From Candidatus Baldrarchaeum yapensis (lineage in GTDB: Archaea > Asgardarchaeota > Baldrarchaeia > Baldrarchaeales > Baldrarchaeaceae): 32,000 bases of DNA. The position numbers and the translations under genes were made by a program. The stretch is from positions 5,506 through 37,505 of the forward strand of contig JAEOSH010000017.1 in assembly GCA_016840465.1 (NCBI GenBank). Reading direction: 5' to 3'. This document shows, piece after piece, positions 27,716 through 32,000 of this stretch. The notes beneath the pieces were generated by a model, which worked only from the letters and a program-made list of their open reading frames with translations, ran no database searches and was not told the origin of the DNA. Position 1 is the first letter of the stretch. Each line of letters opens with the position of its first letter.

Positions 27716-28295
27716 CTTCTACCACCTTCTTATACTTGTGTGATCTCATTCCATACAACTTACCAGCAAAATGAGATATTATCGTGATTAAATCTTCGAT
27801 TAGCTCTTCTTGTGGCGATTTTTCTTCTTTATTTATAACTACTATCTCTGTTCCGTAACTCTTGAAGAATTCCTCTAAAATCTTAAATCCAAATCTCGTT
27901 AACCTGTCTGGATACGCTATAACGACCTTAGAAACCTCCTTGTTCATAACCATTTTTAGCAGTTTTTGAAAATTCCTCCTATCTTCTTTCAACCCAGAAC
28001 CTACATCTTTGAGAATTTCTATTTCCCATCCTCTTTCCTTCGCATAACGTCTTATTAGCTCTATTTGTCTCTCTAAATCATCCTTTTGAGTATGAGATGA
28101 AACCCTCGCATAACCCACTATCTTCCTTTCTTCGTGAATCCCTAAAATTCGCTTTATTTCTGATTCGGGAACTCTCCTCTTTCCACCTACAGTTCTGACA
28201 CACCTAATCTTCCCTTCCTTATCCCACCTCTGAATAGTCTTAACGTGAACTCCAAGCAACTTAGATGCCTCTTTTAGTGTGTATAACTTTTCCAT
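27687..28295 (-). CDS. tnpA: IS607 transposase TnpA of element 2
   Basis: [32 protein letters not shown] catalytic Ser, [24 protein letters not shown]. Confidence 0.95.
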   Translation of the reverse strand: MEKLYTLKEASKLLGVHVKTIQRWDKEGKIRCVRTVGGKRRVPESEIKRILGIHEERKIVGYARVSSHTQKDDLERQIELIRRYAKERGWEIEILKDVGSGLKEDRRNFQKLLKMVMNKEVSKVVIAYPDRLTRFGFKILEEFFKSYGTEIVVINKEEKSPQEELIEDLITIISHFAGKLYGMRSHKYKKVVEGAKKLIQDC

Positions 28296-28300
28296 GTTTA

Positions 28301-28377
28301 CTCACTAATACTCTCAAATGCTCACCAAATACTTAACTGTCTCGCACGGCAAGAGTTTGCGTTCTCAAACTCAAATG
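28301..28377 (-). repeat. Left-end direct repeats of element 2 (putative TnpA binding sites)
   Basis: Plus strand CTCACTAATA / CTCTCAAATG / CTCACCAAATA at 28301, 28311 and 28321, plus CTCAAAC / TCAAATG at 28364-28377. Confidence 0.55.
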
Positions 28378-28411
28378 TATGACCTTAAATAGTGTTCCCA
28401 CACACCACTAA

Positions 28412-28729
28412 ATGGTGGACGCAATGCCGTCAGCAGCCCACGAGGAGCGGGACCTTATAGAGGAACTCCTAGAGGAAGAGTGGAGAAAACGGCGGGCGAG
28501 GGTCGTGGAAACCCGAAAGATGGAAGTCGACGATATCATCATCTTCTCAATCGTGAAACTTAACCACCGGGTGAGCACCCTCTCCGGAAAATTAGATAAC
28601 CTATCGGCGGAGGTCGCATCCCTAAAGAACGATGTAAAGCTGCTGAAGACCGTCGTCCTCGGAATAATCCTCCCCATCCTCATCGCAATCGTCTCAATCC
28701 TCGTCACGATCCTCCTAAAAATCTCGTGA
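28412..28729 (+). CDS. Small coiled-coil protein with C-terminal transmembrane helix, function unknown
   Basis: Heptad segment LNHRVSTLSGKLDNLSAEVASLKNDVKLLK followed by hydrophobic VVLGIILPILIAIVSILVTILL. Confidence 0.6.
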   Translation: MVDAMPSAAHEERDLIEELLEEEWRKRRARVVETRKMEVDDIIIFSIVKLNHRVSTLSGKLDNLSAEVASLKNDVKLLKTVVLGIILPILIAIVSILVTILLKIS

Positions 28730-28763
28730 CACGTAACTTATAACCTAAAAACCCGATCATCCC

Positions 28764-29189
28764 TCACGGAAGCACAATACCATACCTCTCCAACTCCGAA
28801 AGCACCTCACCCCTCCTCGACACCACCCCTAATATCTCCTTATCGGTGGTCAGGGGCTCCGCTCCCCTCACAACGCACTGCGCCGCCACCAGCGCGTCAA
28901 AATAATCCAACCCATAACTCGCAATTATGACCGCCGCAACCGCCATGTCCAGCGGCGTCACCGGCTCCACAGTCTCCCTGCTTATGAACCTATGAAGCAC
29001 AAGCCACACCTTCCGCCTCTCATCATCGCTAAAGCCCCGCGCCTTCATGAGCAGGTCAAACTCCAAAAGCGCCGCCTGCGAAACAACAGTGTCCCCGCCC
29101 AGCCCCTCTATCACCCGGATCGCATCCCCATGCAACCGATCCGAGGATCTAAAGTATGCCACAAGGTAAACAGTATCAACTATCCTCAT
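28764..29189 (-). CDS. vapC: PIN-domain VapC toxin
   Basis: IVDTVYLVAY, AALLEF, LDYFDALVAA, LTTD. Confidence 0.88.
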   Translation of the reverse strand: MRIVDTVYLVAYFRSSDRLHGDAIRVIEGLGGDTVVSQAALLEFDLLMKARGFSDDERRKVWLVLHRFISRETVEPVTPLDMAVAAVIIASYGLDYFDALVAAQCVVRGAEPLTTDKEILGVVSRRGEVLSELERYGIVLP

Positions 29190-29430
29190 CGCCCACCATC
29201 CTCAGTGCAAGCCTAGATGCCTCGTGGTCCTCCTCCCTCCAACCCTTAAACTTCTCCTCAAAAGCCCGCGCAACCTCCTCGTAAATCCTGTCCGATAAAA
29301 CAATCTCCAAACTGCCACTACCCTTTACCCTCAGCAAAACCCTCCGCTTCCCCCTGATACCCAGCCTCCGCCTGACCTCCGCTGGTATGACTATCCTCCC
29401 ACGCTCATCTATTGTGACCACATACTCCAT
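29176..29430 (-). CDS. AbrB/MazE/SpoVT-family antitoxin
   Basis: VTIDERGRIVIPAEVRRRLGI; overlaps the vapC start. Confidence 0.9.
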   Translation of the reverse strand: MEYVVTIDERGRIVIPAEVRRRLGIRGKRRVLLRVKGSGSLEIVLSDRIYEEVARAFEEKFKGWREEDHEASRLALRMVGDEDS

Positions 29431-29499
29431 TCAACCCACCATTGTGAAAATTCTCCCACCCTCAATATAAAACTTGTAAATAGATCCATGCAACCCCCA

Positions 29500-29676
29500 T
29501 GTTAATCTATCTTTGTAACTGACCACCACAACATCAACCTTTCCGCTTACAACATATTTAAATGGCTTTTTCAACCCTCTTCGCTTTTCATTCAATCCAG
29601 AGGCTACATCTGTTAGATCATCAATAACATCGTGTCCTCTAGCTGAGCAGTACTCTTTAAAATATTCGGCTTGCCT
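29500..29676 (-). pseudogene. Decayed fragment of an IS607 tnpA related to element 1
   Basis: Translates RQAEYFKEYCSARGHDVIDDLTDVASGLNEKRRGLKKPFKYVVSGKVDVVVVSYKDRLT, closely matching TnpA of 20731-21345; no start, no tnpB. Confidence 0.85.
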
Positions 29677-29748
29677 ACTAAATATTCAGGAATACCATAA
29701 TAGTGGCACCCATATGTTGCATGCTACCGGTAGCTAGGGGCGAGGTTT

Positions 29749-30207
29749 ATGCCTGTAGAACCTGTTCTGAGGTGGATTAAGAGGTACGGTGTCGGGTGGA
29801 GGCTTATTAGAGCTTCGGGGAAAACCACTAGAGTGGATGACGCAGCAAGGCTCCTAGGTGTGAGCAGGTCTAAAATAGTCAAAACAATCGTAGTAGTTGC
29901 TGGAGGTGAAGTATACGCTGTGGTTATCCCTGGAGATAGAAGGCTAGACATGGATAAACTCGCAGATATTACTGGGGCTAAGCCGAGACTGGCTAGACCA
30001 GGTGAAGTGGTTGAGAAAACCGGGTACCCCGTAGGTGGAGTACCTCCCGTCGCACTCCCAAGCCACGTCAAGTTGGTAGTTGACGAATCCCTACTCAGAC
30101 ACGATAGAGTCTATGGGGGAGGAGGAGAGGATGGAATACTACTAGAGTTCAACCCTAAGGAACTCATAGAACTAGCAAAACCCCTAGTTGCGAAGCTAGC
30201 GAAATGA
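29749..30207 (+). CDS. YbaK/EbsC-family aminoacyl-tRNA deacylase
   Basis: SKIVKTIVV, VIPGDRRLD, TGYPVGGVPP, VVDESL, GGG. Confidence 0.88.
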   Translation: MPVEPVLRWIKRYGVGWRLIRASGKTTRVDDAARLLGVSRSKIVKTIVVVAGGEVYAVVIPGDRRLDMDKLADITGAKPRLARPGEVVEKTGYPVGGVPPVALPSHVKLVVDESLLRHDRVYGGGGEDGILLEFNPKELIELAKPLVAKLAK

Positions 30208-30883
30208 CTTAGTCAAATTTTGAGAAAGAATTTATGATAATTATAAGTCGATTTCTAATCTCTTTAGCCACCTCAGCCGGTACCCTGACATGATATCCCC
30301 TAAGAAGCATTACCATCGAGAAGGGGATCTAGGGACGGACCACCCTCCATAGACCCAGGGCCACAAGTACGAGGAGGTTTTGAGGCCCTTCAAGCACATC
30401 TACCGCTACAAGGGGCGAGGAGGCCCGCTTCTGCTCGAAGGATAAAGACGAGGCTCAGGAGGTCGCTGAGGTACCAGCTCGTGGAGAGCACAGATGCATC
30501 CGTGAAGCGGCTGTCTCTCTCGCACTAATGTGGAGCAAATCGCCGCCGGGATGACGGGCGCGTGACACGGAAATAGATGATGCCCGAAAGGGTAGAGACG
30601 GACAGCGACGTGCGTACAGCGACCGATACCTTAGGCCGATGCCTAGTCATGAGTGTTTATGTTGAACTTATTTATGAAACAGCCTCCCCACCTCCATAAA
30701 AACTTATAAGTCACGCCCACCCAAGATACCCCGCTCTCACTATAAGCCTCCCCTGTGTGCTAGGCAACATCTCTTCCTGTTACCCGATCTCCCATGAAAT
30801 TCAAGATCTCATATCTTCTACGCACATCCAAACCCGGCAACTCCAAACCTGCCTCATCGTGTCCGCAAAAAAGAAGTTTCAAT

Positions 30884-31378
30884 TCACCTCCTCTCCGCAT
30901 AAATTCTATCCGCTACCGCCTTGACAAGCCTACGGGCATGTTCAAGCGCCTCCTCCACGTCCTTCCTATCAGCACCCCCCTCATAAAAGTTCATGTGCAT
31001 GGCATTAGCGGCATACCATGCCCCCCTCACCCAATCCCCTAACTCCTCAGCCATCTTGCTCTTATACTGCCATAGTTGCACATGGGACTCCAGCCGGATG
31101 CCCTCCCGATACATCGCGTGCGCCTTGACCGCAAGCGCCACAGCTCCCCACACCTTCTCACCAGCCTGCCTCAAATCCCCTTTCCTCAGCTCATCTTCCG
31201 CCTGTCCCAACATCTCAGCCGCCACATCTATGTACTTCCTAGCAACGTCCGACGGGTCTAGACCCCTCGTCACAAACTCCAACAACAGCTCCTCAATTGG
31301 AACCCCCAACTTGCCCGCTTTCTCCCGAAGCAAATCAGCAATTACCCGCGGAATCGTAATCGATACCACAATAACCAC
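30884..31378 (-). CDS. PaREP1-family (HEPN-like) protein
   Basis: GDLRQAGEKVWGAVALAVKA, SHVQLW, AWYAANAMHMNFYEG, DVEEALE. Confidence 0.88.
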   Translation of the reverse strand: MVIVVSITIPRVIADLLREKAGKLGVPIEELLLEFVTRGLDPSDVARKYIDVAAEMLGQAEDELRKGDLRQAGEKVWGAVALAVKAHAMYREGIRLESHVQLWQYKSKMAEELGDWVRGAWYAANAMHMNFYEGGADRKDVEEALEHARRLVKAVADRIYAERR

Positions 31379-31504
31379 CCATATCTCTGTTCCTCACTCC
31401 ATAATATAAACCCGTAAAAAGACACCGCAGAGTGCTTACACTCTTCCATCCAACCGCGCACCCTCACCATCCGCCCCGATGGACTCACTTGAAAAAACGA
31501 GAAC

Positions 31505-31987
31505 TCAGGTGCCCTCACCGGAATATCCGGCAAACTTCTTTAAAACCTCTAACGGCACGGGGTTCTCATACCTTATCCCGACCGCCTCACATAACCTCTC
31601 AAAATCGGTGTCCGTCGTCACTATCGCGACCGCGCCCTCCTGCAACGCCAGCGCCAAGTAAACGCAATCATAAACATCGTGATTCAACTCCTCCGCCAGC
31701 TCGAACGCCCTCAGTATCGTCTCCCTCCTCAACGGAACCAGCTGAGGAACATCATACTTCCTCAGAAAATCAATAACCGACCGCGCCGCCTCCCTCCTGT
31801 CTATACCCCACTTCCTCTCCATGATCCAAAAAGCCCGCACCGGAAGAATGTCTAAAAGCACCGGAATGTACTCCCCGCGCAACCCCCTATCCACAACCTC
31901 CGAAACGTACTCATTCCCGGGATGGTCCTCCACCAAGTAAATCGCCAGCACGTTCACATCCCAAACCTTCTTCTCAACCCTCCCCAA
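31505..31987 (-). CDS. vapC: PIN-domain VapC toxin (partner probably outside the window)
   Basis: WDVNVL, DVYDCVYLALA, IVTTDTDF. Confidence 0.85.
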   Translation of the reverse strand: MGRVEKKVWDVNVLAIYLVEDHPGNEYVSEVVDRGLRGEYIPVLLDILPVRAFWIMERKWGIDRREAARSVIDFLRKYDVPQLVPLRRETILRAFELAEELNHDVYDCVYLALALQEGAVAIVTTDTDFERLCEAVGIRYENPVPLEVLKKFAGYSGEGT

Positions 31988-32000
31988 ACGTCGCCTCCCC

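Larger units (their letters stand above)
25620..28397 (-). mobile_element. IS607-family element 2 (2778 bp) carrying an inserted LAGLIDADG-HTH gene
   Basis: tnpA-tnpB-LAGLIDADG-omegaRNA order; left junction TGG|G at 28400-28397, right junction G|GG at 25620-25618; left-end direct repeats; AT-rich relative to host genes. Confidence 0.85.

Noticed and set aside
30250-30880. Possible transposase or HTH remnant between ybaK and PaREP1
   Set aside because: Several short broken frames look decayed-coding, but no motif could be identified with confidence; needs tBLASTn.
1-32000. CRISPR array
   Set aside because: No regularly spaced 24-40 bp repeats; the short repeats found are IS end repeats or local palindromes.

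Overview
Archaeal chromosomal window, probably from a thermophile (Pyrococcus-like group 3b hydrogenase, PaREP1, many VapBC modules); the lineage cannot be fixed from sequence alone. The left ~20 kb is housekeeping and redox: an iron-sulfur flavoprotein (partial), mevalonate-pathway genes (fni, mvk and a divergent HMG-CoA synthase fused to a DUF35 scaffold), a complete group 3b [NiFe]-hydrogenase operon with maturation protease, an HTH + HExxH gene pair, a HisC-like aminotransferase, a CoA-disulfide reductase/NADH oxidase, a 2-hydroxyacid dehydrogenase, vapBC, and a mutS-mutL operon whose proteins carry PCNA-binding (PIP-like) motifs. The right ~12 kb is accessory: two IS607-family elements (tnpA + tnpB + omegaRNA-like end), a tnpA remnant, several toxin-antitoxin genes, a frameshifted hydrolase, an EamA transporter, YbaK and an unexplained GC-rich structured RNA candidate. 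The most striking observation is the second IS607 element (25620-28397). An 840-bp LAGLIDADG+HTH homing-endonuclease cassette sits exactly at the tnpB / omegaRNA boundary, supplies a substitute TnpB C-terminus and leaves the omegaRNA scaffold intact, and that TnpB lacks the RuvC-III Asp. Both omegaRNA-like ends share an identical K-loop-like motif closed by covarying stems. No CRISPR array, rRNA or tRNA was found.
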